From assembly GCA_964422415.1 (NCBI GenBank), contig CAYRBI010000003.1, forward strand, positions 10,607-74,606: 64,000 bases of DNA. Reading direction: 5' to 3'. Made by a program: the position numbers and the translations under genes. This DNA comes from an uncultured bacterium (lineage in GTDB: Bacteria; Hinthialibacterota; Hinthialibacteria; OLB16). Shown piece after piece: positions 10,360-19,573 of this stretch (position 1 is the stretch's first letter; every line of letters starts with the position of its first letter). Below the pieces are notes generated by a model. The model was not told the DNA's origin, searched no databases, and saw only the letters and a program-made list of their open reading frames with translations.

Positions 10360-10670
10360 TAACAAACGTGGCCGAAATTCAGGACAAGGTTATTCATTCT
10401 TTTTGCCGGAAATGGAGGATTGTGGAATTTTCCCTCTTTGGATCTATTTTGAGGGATGATTTCCAGTCCGACAGCGATGTAGATGTCCTCGTCAGCTTCG
10501 ATCCAGATGCTCACTGGGGTTTGGCGGATCTGGGAGAAATGACAGACGAGTTGCGCTTGATCTTAGGGCGGGATGTGGACCTCGTGGAAAAGGAAGGCCT
10601 ACGTAATCCTATCCGACGCAAAGAAATTCTTGGGACATGCCAGGTGCTTTATGCCCAACAAGACGCCTGA
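10356..10670 (+). CDS. minimal nucleotidyltransferase, MntA-type antitoxin-like (HepT/MntA toxin-antitoxin family)
   Basis: 104 aa carrying the NTase signature LFGSILRDDFQSDSDVDVLVSF (GS...R...SDxDxxV). The ATG overlaps the upstream stop (ATGA). Confidence 0.7.
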   Translation: MITNVAEIQDKVIHSFCRKWRIVEFSLFGSILRDDFQSDSDVDVLVSFDPDAHWGLADLGEMTDELRLILGRDVDLVEKEGLRNPIRRKEILGTCQVLYAQQDA

Positions 10671-10745
10671 TCTAGCGCTTCTGTGGGACATGCAACAGGC
10701 CGCAAGGGAAATCTCCGATTTTATAGAGGGTGTCACATACCCCCT
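10651..10745 (+). pseudogene. HepT (DUF86) toxin gene remnant, truncated after about 30 codons
   Basis: The ATG at 10651 overlaps the MntA 3' end, as in intact mntA-hepT pairs. MPNKTPDLALLWDMQQAAREISDFIEGVTY matches the DUF86 N-terminus (DxALLLxDILEAxxxIxEYTxGxxYEEF). Homology then stops abruptly where the CheX-like gene on the opposite strand ends (10745). Confidence 0.4.
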
Positions 10746-11278
10746 CACCCCTTGCCCGGTGTCCCCCCGATGGCCACAAACAGATCGAGGTACACTCCCT
10801 GGCGGGATAGATGAAGAAGTACGCTCAGACAGATCACTGGTGCTGAGCTCCCATCACTGGAACCCACCGCCATAGGTATATTCCGGTTCATACGGGGCAG
10901 TCCCATCTTGACCGGAACGAATTCACAAATCGGCCCGATGGCTCCCCCCAGAACCACATTCAATAGCTCCTGTAGGCAACCGAGCACCAATTCATCATCT
11001 TCGATCTCCATCCCCATCATATGTGTGGAGAGATGATGGGCCTCCTCGCGTGGCAGCCCACAACCCACAAGAACAATGAGATCCCCCTCGGTGCTCACCA
11101 CCCCAGTATAATCCCACACCCGTGAGAGGAATCCTTCTGGGACCGGTTGAACCGTCACATGGCACTCGCCCAAGCCCACCATCATCTGGAAAGAGAGGTC
11201 TGCTTGGTGCGTGACGGCATCAAGAATTCTCTGGAGGTCAGAGGGATCAGCCAAACCAGCGGGCAATGGACCTTCCAT
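10745..11278 (-). CDS. CheX/CheC-family chemotaxis phosphatase-like protein
   Basis: 177 aa. STHMMGMEIEDDELVLGCLQELLNVVLGGAIG aligns with the CheX core SAMMGGMEYNQLDELALSAIGELGNMTAG, including the ExxN(I/V)xxG motif. No other che genes are nearby. Confidence 0.55.
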   Translation of the reverse strand: MEGPLPAGLADPSDLQRILDAVTHQADLSFQMMVGLGECHVTVQPVPEGFLSRVWDYTGVVSTEGDLIVLVGCGLPREEAHHLSTHMMGMEIEDDELVLGCLQELLNVVLGGAIGPICEFVPVKMGLPRMNRNIPMAVGSSDGSSAPVICLSVLLHLSRQGVYLDLFVAIGGTPGKG

Positions 11279-11547
11279 GTTCGTAACGGTTCACTAGCCT
11301 TTCAGTTCTTTATTTCCAGAACCAACGAGAATCCAAATAGCTCTGATCGCATTCAGAACAATCGATCCTCACTCTCACAGAAGAGCTTATTCGGCGGGGA
11401 GCATAGCACACAGCAACCCTCTCAGGACACAGACACGCCCCCATGGCGTGGCAGATTTGTTCACATACTCTGAGTATTGAATCACGGAACATCAAGGAAA
11501 CACAGAAGAACGAGTCACAATGGATTGTGAGTAACCCTCCTGAACCC

Positions 11548-11576
11548 TTGACACAAGCCGCCGCAAGTCCTATCAC
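11548..11576 (+). promoter_or_regulatory. sigma70-like promoter upstream of the HAD hydrolase gene
   Basis: TTGACA (11548-11553), a 17-nt spacer, then TATCAC (11571-11576). The ATG at 11595 would give a very short leader. Confidence 0.35.
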
Positions 11577-11594
11577 CTTTACCGAATTGATACC

Positions 11595-12356
11595 ATGACT
11601 GACGGATCCACCACACCCGCCCGGGGCGGACTCACATACCTCCGGGCAATCATCCTGGATCTAGACGGGGTTGTGGCCGAAACCGAAGACCTCCACCGGC
11701 AAGCTTACAATCTCACCTTCGAGGAAGCAGGCCTTCCCAACCGTTGGACTTATGACGACTACCGCGCCCGTTTGATCCTCTCAGGGGGCAGCAAGTTCAA
11801 GGAGGTCCCCGCGCCAGAGGGATCAACAGATCCAAACACTTTCCATGCCCAGCTCTATGCACGGAAACGCCGGCATTATATTGACCTGATAGGGAAGACC
11901 AACCTACCCCCACGCCCAGGAATCCTCCCACTTATCGATGAAGCCCTTGGCACAGGAATTCTTATCGGAGTCGCCAGCACCTGTGACAAGCAGGGAGCCA
12001 TTACAATCTTGAAAAGCTGCCTTGGGGAAGAACGGTTGAGTCAACTCTCTTCGGTCCGTGCCGGGAATGATGCGCCCCAACGAAAGCCCGCACCAGATAT
12101 ATACCTGCTTGCCATCCATGATTTGGGAGTCCCAGCATCGGCCTGTGTCGCCATTGAGGACACCCTCCATGGCGTCGAGGCCGCACAGAGAGCGGGTCTG
12201 TGGACTCTAGTGACTCCCAGCCAGTACACTGTGGGCGATGACTTCGAACATGCCAGCCGGGTGGTGGTGGATCTAGAAGTGGGTAAGGTCAACCTGCATT
12301 GGTTGGATAATGAGCTGAGAAAGACTAAGGAAACCACACTACAATCGGTTCCATGA
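11595..12356 (+). CDS. HAD-superfamily hydrolase (CbbY/beta-phosphoglucomutase-like subfamily IA)
   Basis: HAD motif I AIILDLDGVVAETE is present. Motif III/IV is KPAPDIY...VAIEDTLHGVEAAQRAG. Confidence 0.75.
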   Translation: MTDGSTTPARGGLTYLRAIILDLDGVVAETEDLHRQAYNLTFEEAGLPNRWTYDDYRARLILSGGSKFKEVPAPEGSTDPNTFHAQLYARKRRHYIDLIGKTNLPPRPGILPLIDEALGTGILIGVASTCDKQGAITILKSCLGEERLSQLSSVRAGNDAPQRKPAPDIYLLAIHDLGVPASACVAIEDTLHGVEAAQRAGLWTLVTPSQYTVGDDFEHASRVVVDLEVGKVNLHWLDNELRKTKETTLQSVP

Positions 12357-13459
12357 ACGCACCAGTTGTTCTAGAGCAGGGGATGGAAAGCACGCCCGGT
12401 CTCCGTACGGATAACCACCCCCGCATATCGAGATTATTATCGGAGCCAGTTCCTCCGAATATCGAGTTACCAGGATTCTGGTCCCGGATGCCTAGACTTT
12501 CGCATCGCTCCTATTTCCGGCAATTCCACCGTGAACTTGCCTTTCGTGGCATTGTATTGCTCGCCAAGCTGGTCTTATCGATGGGGATCGAGCGATCCGC
12601 GAAGATCGCCGCCTTTGTTGGCAGGTGCGGTTACTATGCTCAACGACAGCAAAGAAAGGTTGCCTTAGATAATCTGCGCATCTGTCTGGGGGACAACACC
12701 ACCGAGGAGCAGAGGCGGCAGATCGCCAAGACTGTCTTTTCCAACTTCGCCGTCGCCGCCTTGGAGGTCGCCTGGCTGAGCCGTTGGCGTGACCTCTTTT
12801 CCTGGCTGCGAATTGAAGTGGAAGGCCTGGAGAAACTGGATGCCGCTCTGGCCACTGGACGGGGAGTAATCGCGCATAATGCCCATTTTGGGAACTGGGA
12901 GGTCATGTCAGCGGCGGTCGCCAAGATGGGGTATCCCGGTTATGTGGTTGCACGGCGTCAGAAAGACCCGCGGCTGGATGCCTGGCTGGGGGCGATCCGC
13001 GAACACAGCGGCTTGAAGATTGCGATCCGGGGAGAGCATCCTGTCCGTATTCTCAGATGCCTCAAGAGTGGCGGGCTCCTAGGTTTGATGACTGATATCG
13101 ACACCCGTAGCAACGAGGGTGTTTTCGTGGATTTCTTCGGACGTCCCACGTATACTCAATCGGGTCCTTTCGCCCTGGCGCGTGCCACGGGCGCGCTCAT
13201 GATTCCGGCGCTCTGCTTCCGCGAGGGTTTGAATCATTTGCGTTTTTATTTCGGTGACCCTTGGGAAGTACCGAAGACAAACGATCCGGAGGACGATATC
13301 CTCCAAGCAGCGCGGAAGGCCAACTCGATTCTTGAGCAAAAGATACGTGAACGGCCCGAACAATGGGCCTGGTTTCATAAACGATGGAAAACCACACCCG
13401 GAAAAATCGAACAGTACCGGCGAGACAACGAGCAGGCAACCGAGGAATCGCGGGGCTGA
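12353..13459 (+). CDS. lipid A biosynthesis (Kdo)2-lipid IVA acyltransferase family protein (LpxL/HtrB-like)
   Basis: HX4E acyltransferase motif in AHNAHFGNWE. The C-terminus PEQWAWFHKRWKTTPGK matches the LpxL ending PEQYMWLHRRFKTRPEG. Confidence 0.75.
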   Translation: MNAPVVLEQGMESTPGLRTDNHPRISRLLSEPVPPNIELPGFWSRMPRLSHRSYFRQFHRELAFRGIVLLAKLVLSMGIERSAKIAAFVGRCGYYAQRQQRKVALDNLRICLGDNTTEEQRRQIAKTVFSNFAVAALEVAWLSRWRDLFSWLRIEVEGLEKLDAALATGRGVIAHNAHFGNWEVMSAAVAKMGYPGYVVARRQKDPRLDAWLGAIREHSGLKIAIRGEHPVRILRCLKSGGLLGLMTDIDTRSNEGVFVDFFGRPTYTQSGPFALARATGALMIPALCFREGLNHLRFYFGDPWEVPKTNDPEDDILQAARKANSILEQKIRERPEQWAWFHKRWKTTPGKIEQYRRDNEQATEESRG

Positions 13460-14175
13460 TCCCCTGGTTGGGAGGAGTCTTCTGGTTGGTCCTGTGGGGT
13501 TGGCTCCTAATCCCACGGCAGAGGATTGAGGTACCCAACGAGATGGATCTCCTTTCCCGGACTGAGTCCACCATCAAGCTACAGGGCTTCCGAGTCCGTC
13601 AGGAAACCCGGTACACCGATGGAAGTTGCACTTATACAGACCTGCAAGCTGAGCGCGGTTGGAACCTCGAAGAGACACGGGACTCACATGTCCTGGTCAA
13701 TGTGGATGTCCGTCTGGTTCCCAAAAAGGTCCCTCAGAACGCCACGGCCACGGAAGGACTTGAGAGCATTTCAGCCCAGGCTGATGTCGCCTGGGTGCTC
13801 ATCAAGGCCGCCACTGGAATCTGGTCAATCAAGACTCGCAATATCGACCTGATGGGGAATGTCCAGATTTTTGGATATTCCATGCAAGGTGAACTCTCTG
13901 AATGGATCGCCACCGAACGGCTCTCATATGATCAAAAAGAAGACATGGTCCGCTCGCTTTCTCCCGCCACATATGAGGGGAAGTCCTTACAGATTGGCCA
14001 AGCCTACCGTTGTTTTGTGGAAACCGATGTGGACTTGGACGAGCCCAGAATCACCGATATTGAGACCCTGCCGAGTGACTTCCCTACACCTTTCCAGCAT
14101 CCAGAAATGATGCCGCCCTATTCGCCACCCGAGGCATTGCGCTTCCTCTCTGAGGAACCACAGGCTCCCTCTTGA
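13384..14175 (+). CDS. membrane-anchored hypothetical protein (start uncertain)
   Basis: 263-aa ORF with one N-terminal TM helix (GIAGLIPWLGGVFWLVLWGWLLIP) followed by a soluble domain. The ATG at 13384 overlaps the LpxL-like gene by 76 nt. An alternative TTG at 13468, just after the upstream stop, is possible. Confidence 0.45.
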   Translation: MENHTRKNRTVPARQRAGNRGIAGLIPWLGGVFWLVLWGWLLIPRQRIEVPNEMDLLSRTESTIKLQGFRVRQETRYTDGSCTYTDLQAERGWNLEETRDSHVLVNVDVRLVPKKVPQNATATEGLESISAQADVAWVLIKAATGIWSIKTRNIDLMGNVQIFGYSMQGELSEWIATERLSYDQKEDMVRSLSPATYEGKSLQIGQAYRCFVETDVDLDEPRITDIETLPSDFPTPFQHPEMMPPYSPPEALRFLSEEPQAPS

Positions 14176-14272
14176 GGATGTCAGATTGAGTTGACGCCAT
14201 TATATGTGTGGATACAATTTCATCAGTGTCGCTGCGGCGGGAAGAGAATCCCATCCCAGCGGTGGGAGATAC

Positions 14273-17200
14273 ATGCGTTCCGCAACTTTTCGATTCATAC
14301 TTTTCTTTCTTGCCTTCACAAGCATTTCATCCGCACAAAACGAAGAAGTTTTTTTCCGTTGCCGGGGGAAAAAGGTCTTTTTACGCCTGGCCCCCTCTTT
14401 CATGGCGATCGAGTCCTCCCAAGGGAAGGAAGATTCAGTTAACTTTCTTCTGGAGGAAGAGGTTGTGGAGCCCCTCTATTGGAGTCCCACCGAGGGGCGG
14501 TACGTATTTCATTACGAATCCCGAGAATTTGTCCAGCGGATAGCTTCCAACAAGAGTGTGGTAAGCAAGACCTTCCCGGTCTATCTCCCCGTGGATGGCG
14601 AAAAGCCGCTCTGGTGTTTCGGAGAGGTGATTGTCCGATGGGAGGATGAAACCCCGGAAGCTACTATCCAATCCGTGTTCGCGGGCTTGGGTTTAGAGGT
14701 TAAAAGCCAGTCACTTTTTGACCCCACTGTCTTCCTAACAACTTGTCCGGAAAATGGGGAGAGGGATGCCTTTGAGATGGCGGAAATCCTGTCAAGTGAC
14801 CCCCATGTCCTCTGGGCAGAACCCAACCTATATGGTGGCCAATCACTCTCATCCAGTGATCCCTACCGGGGAAACCAGACTTATCTGGACATTGTCCATG
14901 CCGGTCAAGCCTGGGCAGTAACCAACGGAAGCCCAGATGTCGTCGTAGCTGTCCTGGACGAGGGAATCGATCTGGATCACCCGGATCTCATGGATAACAT
15001 CTATGAGAATCCAAAGGAAATCCCTGGTGACAGTGAAGACAACGACGGCAACGGATATGTGGATGATCTCAATGGGTGGGATTTTTTTGATAATGACAAT
15101 AACCCCAGACCCATAGGGGAGCTCCCGATCAATGCTCATGGAACCGCTGTTGCTGGCCTGATCGCGGCGGTTCAAGGAAATAATGAAGGCATCAGCGGAC
15201 TGGCTCCTGGCTGTAAGATCCTACCTGTGCGGATCTTCAGCGGAAGCACTTACGGTGGCAATTTTAAGGCCGCTGAGGCAATCCGCTACGCAGCAACTCT
15301 TGCGGATGTGATCAATTGTAGTTGGTCAGGTGAGAGTACGAGCAATGATTTAATGAGCGCCATCGATTTCGCGGTTTCCAGTGGACGTCGTGGCAAGGGA
15401 TGCGTGGTGGTGTTCGCCTCGGGAAACGGAGGGAATCCAGTTTCGTTTCCGGCCAGTTATACCTGGACAGTGGCGGTGGGAGAAACCGACGAAAATGATT
15501 TACGCAATCAGGGAAGCAACTTCGGTGAAAACCTGACTCTCACCGCGCCTGTTGCCGCCTGGACTACGGATAATAGCGGAGCCGGAGGCTTCGATTCTCC
15601 AGATCTAGATTATACCAATCAATTCACAGGCACCTCCTCCTCGGCTCCACTCGCCTCCGGTTTGGCCGCGCTCCTTTTCTCCGCTAACCCAGACCTGTCT
15701 GGAGCGGAGGCGGTCATGGCCCTCCTATCTGGATTGGATACTCCCATGACAGGGATCACACCTAGTGATTTATTTGGAAGGAGCCCCGAACTGGGTTGTG
15801 GCCGGTTGAATGCTGGAAGATCGGTGCTTATCGCTGACACTTCTCTCGATGACCGCCTGGAACCCAATGACTGCCCAGGTGTGGCGCCAACACTGACAAG
15901 AGGTTTTTATCCGTGGCTTTTCATGGATGGAAGCGAAGACTACTACCGGTTGGAACCGGCGGCGGGAACGAAGCTCCAATGCACCGTCCAATACCTGTCT
16001 TTCCTTGGTGATCTCAACATGATGCTTCGTGAGGAGAGCGGCGGTGTCGTCGCCACTCCAACCGAAACCCTTACGGAAAACACCCGCACCCTGACCCTCG
16101 AATACACACCTCCCTCCAGTGGGAAGTATTACCTCATGCTTTATCCAACCACTGGCGAAGGATTTCCTTACACCCTACGGGTAGATGTGATGGGATCTGA
16201 CGACACCTATGAGCCCAACCAAACACGAAGCCAGGCCAAGATCATCGCTCCAGGATCTGGAAAAACTTATCAGGGTTTGGTCTTAAATGATGACGACTAT
16301 TATTCTGTCTATACCGATGAAGAACAGTATCTTTACGCCCTGTTGTCATTCGATCAAAGCCAAGGCAACCTGGCTCTTCAAATCCTAGATCCCCAGGGAA
16401 ACGTGGTGCGGACCTCCGATAACAACAGTTATGGAGAGCAGGTGGATCCATACCAAGCCGCCTCATCCGATCCCCTCTATATCCGGGTGTACTCAAGCAG
16501 TGGTGAAACCAACCGGGAGTACTCCCTCCATTTGGCGATCTCATCCACCCCACCCATTGAGGGTTCTGGAAATGATGATTCTTTTGAGGATAACGATACC
16601 GCTGCCACCGCCACGGCGATCTCGACCGTTTTCCAACCCAACCTCTCCCTGGATGACACGGGTGGAGAGACTACAGATTTCTACCGGTTTACAGTTCCTG
16701 GCCGGAAGCGTCTCCGTGTAACAACGGGATGGAATGGACTGCCCGATATCGATCTCAATTTGTATCCAAGCGGTATTATGGCCTCAACCGCCACGGAGCC
16801 CGTGGCCAGAAGCATGTTCAGACTCCAGGATCTCGAGTCGGTGTCCATCCCCTCCATCCCCACGGCCACGGAGTATTGGATCGAGGTCTCCCGGTATGAT
16901 TCAGTGGGGCAATCGCCTTACCGGCTCGCGGTGGAGGTCCTCGATCCTCTCGACACCTGCGTGGCCTTCTACCGGCTATGCGAGGGTGTGATTGGAACTC
17001 CCTTTCAAGGAGAAGCAGTCCGGGATTGGCGTGGACCGCTCATGAGTCACCATCCCAGCGCTTACAGCGGGATCGGGAATTGGGTCGAGGGACCTTCCCC
17101 GTTTTCGCATCCGGGGTCTGATGGAATCGCATTGGATTGTTCCAGCGGGGGGCTTTACTTCGCGGGGAATGGTGCGCGGGGGGAACTGAATCTGGGAGAC

Positions 17201-17650
17201 CATGATTTCACCCTCTGGGCACGGGTCAAGGTTCAGGAGGGGGGAGAACGTATCATCGCGGGGATTCCAGGAGTCTGGGAGTTCCTCGCACGCAGCGACA
17301 ATACTCTCGATTTTAATGCCAATGGAATCCCTGTGTTGAATGGCGCCGGTCCCACCGTACAGTCCACCCAATGGCAATCCCTGGCCTGTGTGTGGGATAA
17401 GACCAACAGTCTACTCCACATCTACCTGAGCGACGATGAGGATTGGTTGGAGGCATCCGCCTCCATTAGTGGAATCACACTGTCAGGATCTGGTCTTTTC
17501 CATGTGGGATCAACTCTGGGCGGGAGTGGTGGAGCCGGGTTGGTGGAGCAGGTACGCTACTTCGATTCCGCTCTGACCTCGGATGAGTTGCGGGGATTCT
17601 CGATCGATGAACCCATCGCTGGACAATCCCGGTGGGCACTCTATGAATAA
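14273..17650 (+). CDS. secreted subtilisin-like serine protease (peptidase S8) with PPC-type and C-terminal LamG/concanavalin-like domains
   Basis: Start set at the ATG at 14273, giving the signal peptide MRSATFRFILFFLAFTSISSAQ. The catalytic triad blocks are VAVLDEGIDLDHPDL (Asp), HGTAVAGLIAA (His) and GTSSSAPLASGLAALL (Ser). About 700 aa of beta-rich repeat domains follow downstream. Confidence 0.85.
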   Translation: MRSATFRFILFFLAFTSISSAQNEEVFFRCRGKKVFLRLAPSFMAIESSQGKEDSVNFLLEEEVVEPLYWSPTEGRYVFHYESREFVQRIASNKSVVSKTFPVYLPVDGEKPLWCFGEVIVRWEDETPEATIQSVFAGLGLEVKSQSLFDPTVFLTTCPENGERDAFEMAEILSSDPHVLWAEPNLYGGQSLSSSDPYRGNQTYLDIVHAGQAWAVTNGSPDVVVAVLDEGIDLDHPDLMDNIYENPKEIPGDSEDNDGNGYVDDLNGWDFFDNDNNPRPIGELPINAHGTAVAGLIAAVQGNNEGISGLAPGCKILPVRIFSGSTYGGNFKAAEAIRYAATLADVINCSWSGESTSNDLMSAIDFAVSSGRRGKGCVVVFASGNGGNPVSFPASYTWTVAVGETDENDLRNQGSNFGENLTLTAPVAAWTTDNSGAGGFDSPDLDYTNQFTGTSSSAPLASGLAALLFSANPDLSGAEAVMALLSGLDTPMTGITPSDLFGRSPELGCGRLNAGRSVLIADTSLDDRLEPNDCPGVAPTLTRGFYPWLFMDGSEDYYRLEPAAGTKLQCTVQYLSFLGDLNMMLREESGGVVATPTETLTENTRTLTLEYTPPSSGKYYLMLYPTTGEGFPYTLRVDVMGSDDTYEPNQTRSQAKIIAPGSGKTYQGLVLNDDDYYSVYTDEEQYLYALLSFDQSQGNLALQILDPQGNVVRTSDNNSYGEQVDPYQAASSDPLYIRVYSSSGETNREYSLHLAISSTPPIEGSGNDDSFEDNDTAATATAISTVFQPNLSLDDTGGETTDFYRFTVPGRKRLRVTTGWNGLPDIDLNLYPSGIMASTATEPVARSMFRLQDLESVSIPSIPTATEYWIEVSRYDSVGQSPYRLAVEVLDPLDTCVAFYRLCEGVIGTPFQGEAVRDWRGPLMSHHPSAYSGIGNWVEGPSPFSHPGSDGIALDCSSGGLYFAGNGARGELNLGDHDFTLWARVKVQEGGERIIAGIPGVWEFLARSDNTLDFNANGIPVLNGAGPTVQSTQWQSLACVWDKTNSLLHIYLSDDEDWLEASASISGITLSGSGLFHVGSTLGGSGGAGLVEQVRYFDSALTSDELRGFSIDEPIAGQSRWALYE

Positions 17651-17806
17651 CAGAGCTGGTGCTGCCCCCCATGAGCAACCAGACACCTAACGCTTTCCCC
17701 TTAATCGCTTTATTCTTCCATTGTGTCCCGTAAAGAGTACTTCCATTTCCGAGGCATCCCCCCTACTGGGGGCATATCAATACGAGAACGCCATGGGGAG
17801 GAATCC

Positions 17807-18460
17807 ATGAAACCGGCCCATTTTCACCACCGCCCCCCCAGGCGAGGATTCACCCTCATCGAATTGTTGATCGTTATTGCCATCATCCTGATCTTAGTCG
17901 CCATCGCTTTGCCCAACTTCATGGAGGCCCAGATAAGAGCCAAAATCGCCAAGGTCAAGGGTGACCTCCGGTCCGTGGGCATGGCCATGGACAGTTATCT
18001 CCTCGACTTCAAGATGTACCCCACCGATCATGATCCCGACGACAAGACACAACAGGGGCTTTTCCAGCTCTCCTCCCCTATCAAGTACATCAAGAACATT
18101 CCAGCGGATATCTTTAACAACAAAGGGTCTGGCATGACCCTCGACGAACCCTCCTTTGAAATGGCCTCCACGGGTTTCACCATTCTCGATGCGAAAAAAA
18201 AGCGTCCCAAGGTCAATGCTTTCGTGGTCTTCAGTCATGGGCCGGATAGGAAGGACGATTTCGAAGGGAACGATACCTGGCCCTATGGCCCCTCCCTTCC
18301 CTGCCCATATGTCATGTGCTACCTGAACTATAATCCCACCAATGGAACCTACTCAGTGGGGGATTTAAACCAGCCGGGAGGAGAATTCCGTTCGGGGAGT
18401 TATTGCATCGACCGCTGGCAACTTGTCCGCGGTTATATGCCCCCTAAAGCAATGCAGTAG
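17807..18460 (+). CDS. prepilin-type N-terminal cleavage/methylation domain protein (type IV pilin / T2SS pseudopilin-like)
   Basis: Start at the ATG at 17807, with GGGGAGG 7 nt upstream. The signature GFTLIELLIVIAIILILVAIALPNF follows a short basic leader. About 190 aa of C-terminal domain remain. Confidence 0.7.
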   Translation: MKPAHFHHRPPRRGFTLIELLIVIAIILILVAIALPNFMEAQIRAKIAKVKGDLRSVGMAMDSYLLDFKMYPTDHDPDDKTQQGLFQLSSPIKYIKNIPADIFNNKGSGMTLDEPSFEMASTGFTILDAKKKRPKVNAFVVFSHGPDRKDDFEGNDTWPYGPSLPCPYVMCYLNYNPTNGTYSVGDLNQPGGEFRSGSYCIDRWQLVRGYMPPKAMQ

Positions 18461-18472
18461 GGCCGCTTCACC

Positions 18473-19558
18473 TTGGCCCTATGGGAGTTGTACAATCGTT
18501 TGCCTGGCCAGAAGAGCTCACAACTGATGGGGGGAGCGCATTCTCCTGCCCTTTTCATCTGTTATCGGGAGGGATGTAATCTCGTGGGCCGTACATTTTC
18601 TTACCCCGCTGTACGTGCCGCCCTGGCGCTGGCGGGTGTTTTCATTGTGGGGTGCATCTTCAATGCGGATGGAGCCTTCCTCTCATGGGGAACCCACCGC
18701 GACATGCTACGTCAGGCCTCGGAGTTCGGAATACTGGCGTGCGGAATGACCGTGGTCATTCTAAGCGCGGGCATCGATCTCTCCGTCGGGAGCATATTGG
18801 GTCTGGTTGCCGTCTCTTTCAGCATCTTCTCCATTCACTGGGGCTGGTCGGCCCCAATCTCGATAGCGGCTGGCCTGGTGGTAGGGGCCATGTGTGGACT
18901 GGCCTCGGGCAGCTTGATCGCCTTCACGGGGATGCAGCCCTTCATCGCCACACTCGCCTTGATGACCTTCGCCAGAGGACTGGCCAAGCAGGTTTCAGGA
19001 GGGCAGAAGATCACCCAAGCTGTCCAGCACGCCGATGGATCTTTTGCCTTTGTGGACCTCCCCCCCATTTTCGGAACTATCGATAACCGTATCCTGGGGG
19101 GCAACATTGCGGTCATCACCCTGCTTTTCCTCCTGGTGGTCATCCTGGTGGGAATCGCACTGCGGTATTTACGGACCGGACGGTACTTTTATGCCGTGGG
19201 CGGTAATGAGCTGGCGGCACGTCTCTCAGGCGTACCCGTGGCCTGGACCAAATTGTTGGCTTACACGCTTTCGGGTCTGTGTGCGGGAATGGCTGGAATC
19301 TGTCATGCGGCACAGGAGCAACAAGGAGATCCCGAGGCCGGCGCCACCTATGAGCTCTCAGCCATTGCCATCGTGGTCATCGGCGGTACGAACCTCAATG
19401 GTGGCCGGGGAGGAATGCTCCTGACCCTGCTGGGAACACTTACCATCGGGTACATGGAGAAGATCCTCAGTATTAATAATATCGGTGAACCGGGACGTCT
19501 CATGCTGACAGGTTTTATCATCGTGGGCGCGGTACTACTGCAAAGAAATCCAAAGTAA
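18473..19558 (+). CDS. ABC transporter permease (ribose/sugar-type, inner-membrane translocator family)
   Basis: Multi-TM protein with the RbsC-like core (FGILACGMTVVILSAGIDLSVGS) and a C-terminal LLTLLGTLTIGY...IIVGAVLL segment. No ATPase or substrate-binding gene is adjacent. The start may instead be the internal ATG at 18527. Confidence 0.7.
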   Translation: MALWELYNRLPGQKSSQLMGGAHSPALFICYREGCNLVGRTFSYPAVRAALALAGVFIVGCIFNADGAFLSWGTHRDMLRQASEFGILACGMTVVILSAGIDLSVGSILGLVAVSFSIFSIHWGWSAPISIAAGLVVGAMCGLASGSLIAFTGMQPFIATLALMTFARGLAKQVSGGQKITQAVQHADGSFAFVDLPPIFGTIDNRILGGNIAVITLLFLLVVILVGIALRYLRTGRYFYAVGGNELAARLSGVPVAWTKLLAYTLSGLCAGMAGICHAAQEQQGDPEAGATYELSAIAIVVIGGTNLNGGRGGMLLTLLGTLTIGYMEKILSINNIGEPGRLMLTGFIIVGAVLLQRNPK

Positions 19559-19573
19559 GCGAGGTTTCCAGAG

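Noticed and set aside
10573-10875. 100-aa tracked ORF extending the HepT-like frame to 10875
   Set aside because: Only the first roughly 30 codons from the internal ATG at 10651 resemble HepT. The rest overlaps the well-supported CheX-like gene on the other strand.
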